Shown: one piece after another, positions 63,206 to 64,000 of the stretch
Layout of the letters: each line of letters opens with the position of its first letter
How positions within the stretch are numbered: position 1 is the stretch's first letter
From: Takakia lepidozioides
Taxonomy: Eukaryota > Plantae > Bryophyta
Direction of reading: 5' to 3'
DNA length: 64,000 nt
Assembly (NCBI GenBank): GCA_030704615.1
Contig: CM060732.1
Coordinates: 28,644,001-28,708,000 of the forward strand
Notes under the pieces: generated by a model
What the model was told of the DNA's origin: nothing
The model's input: only the letters and a program-made list of their open reading frames with translations
The model's database searches: none
Position numbers and translations under genes: made by a program

Positions 63206-64000
63206 GTGCTGTATTCTCTCTATGGCTGGCTGTCACGTCAATTAGCCAACAGCAAAGATATCAGGTTTTTGGCTGCAATCGTGAGGTTAATGTAGTACAT
63301 TTTTGCATATTTTCTTGAGATTGAACAAGAGATTCTGGGCTGCAGCTTATGAGCGCTTTGAGGGGCTTGCTGCCATGGAAGACCAAGGGGATGCAATCAT
63401 AGGGGAGAACTTAACTAGTAGTAATTCGACACTTCCCAGCTAAGACATTTTATGCTTGTCTCTCGAAAATTACCAGCTGCTATGCCTGCCTTGTGCTTCA
63501 ATCTTGAAATCATTGAAATAGGTTTCCTGTCTTTTTCTGCATTCTCTGCTTTTAGTTGTAACCAATGTCTTGTAATGTAGGTGGCTTAATACTTGGTTCT
63601 TATTGCAGATTTCTTGAACATACTTTTACTGTTGAATTTTAGAGGGATTCCTGCCAGTTTGGAGGGATGAAAAACCATATGATGGAAGAAAACCATATAG
63701 GTTATACAGCCATGATGCCAGGCCCCTGAGCTGAGGAGGCAAGATAATCACACTTTGGTGAATGTTTATGTTGCAGCAACTAGGCACTATTTAAACAGTT
63801 TGCAATGGCATTCAGTTGTCTACCGCATTTGTAATTACATGCAGACCTGGAACTAAGGGTCACTTTACTATACCCAGCACAAGTAAGAGCCAAAAATGTG
63901 GCCAAAAACTAGGATGCAGTGGTTGGGGCTTGGCATGCTAAAGATAGCAAGCAATTTAGCAAAAGAGGGAGAGGACAACATTTAATTATGGAAGGTTTAA

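Overview
Repeat-rich, intron-containing eukaryotic DNA, most likely a land plant. It has telo-boxes, a plant RH1-type DEAD-box helicase and a tRNA-Met-primed chromovirus; a non-seed plant is my guess. From left to right: (1) A SINE-like fragment and dispersed ~55-bp repeats. (2) A full-length but frameshifted Ty3/gypsy chromovirus (3857-10791, minus strand) inserted into an unknown ORF. (3) The main discovery: two nested, oppositely oriented large Mutator-like (MULE) DNA transposons. The outer one is 13751-41775 with TSD AAGGTGGC; the inner one is 15537-29128. Each carries a MULE DDE/SWIM transposase and, divergently, a multi-exon gene fusing a ParB/Srx-like domain (DGNHR) to a beta-class amino-methyltransferase-like domain. 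The two genes are separated by arrays of a subfamily-specific 22-bp palindrome spaced at 53 bp. (4) A gypsy-type integrase remnant and a 500-N gap. (5) A third, more divergent ParB-MTase gene (47859-53286) with its own palindrome in intron 1. (6) MITEs and the first nine exons of a DDX51/Dbp6/RH1-like helicase gene. Many TE frameshifts could be assembly indels rather than real decay. All domain calls are by-eye motif recognition, not database searches.
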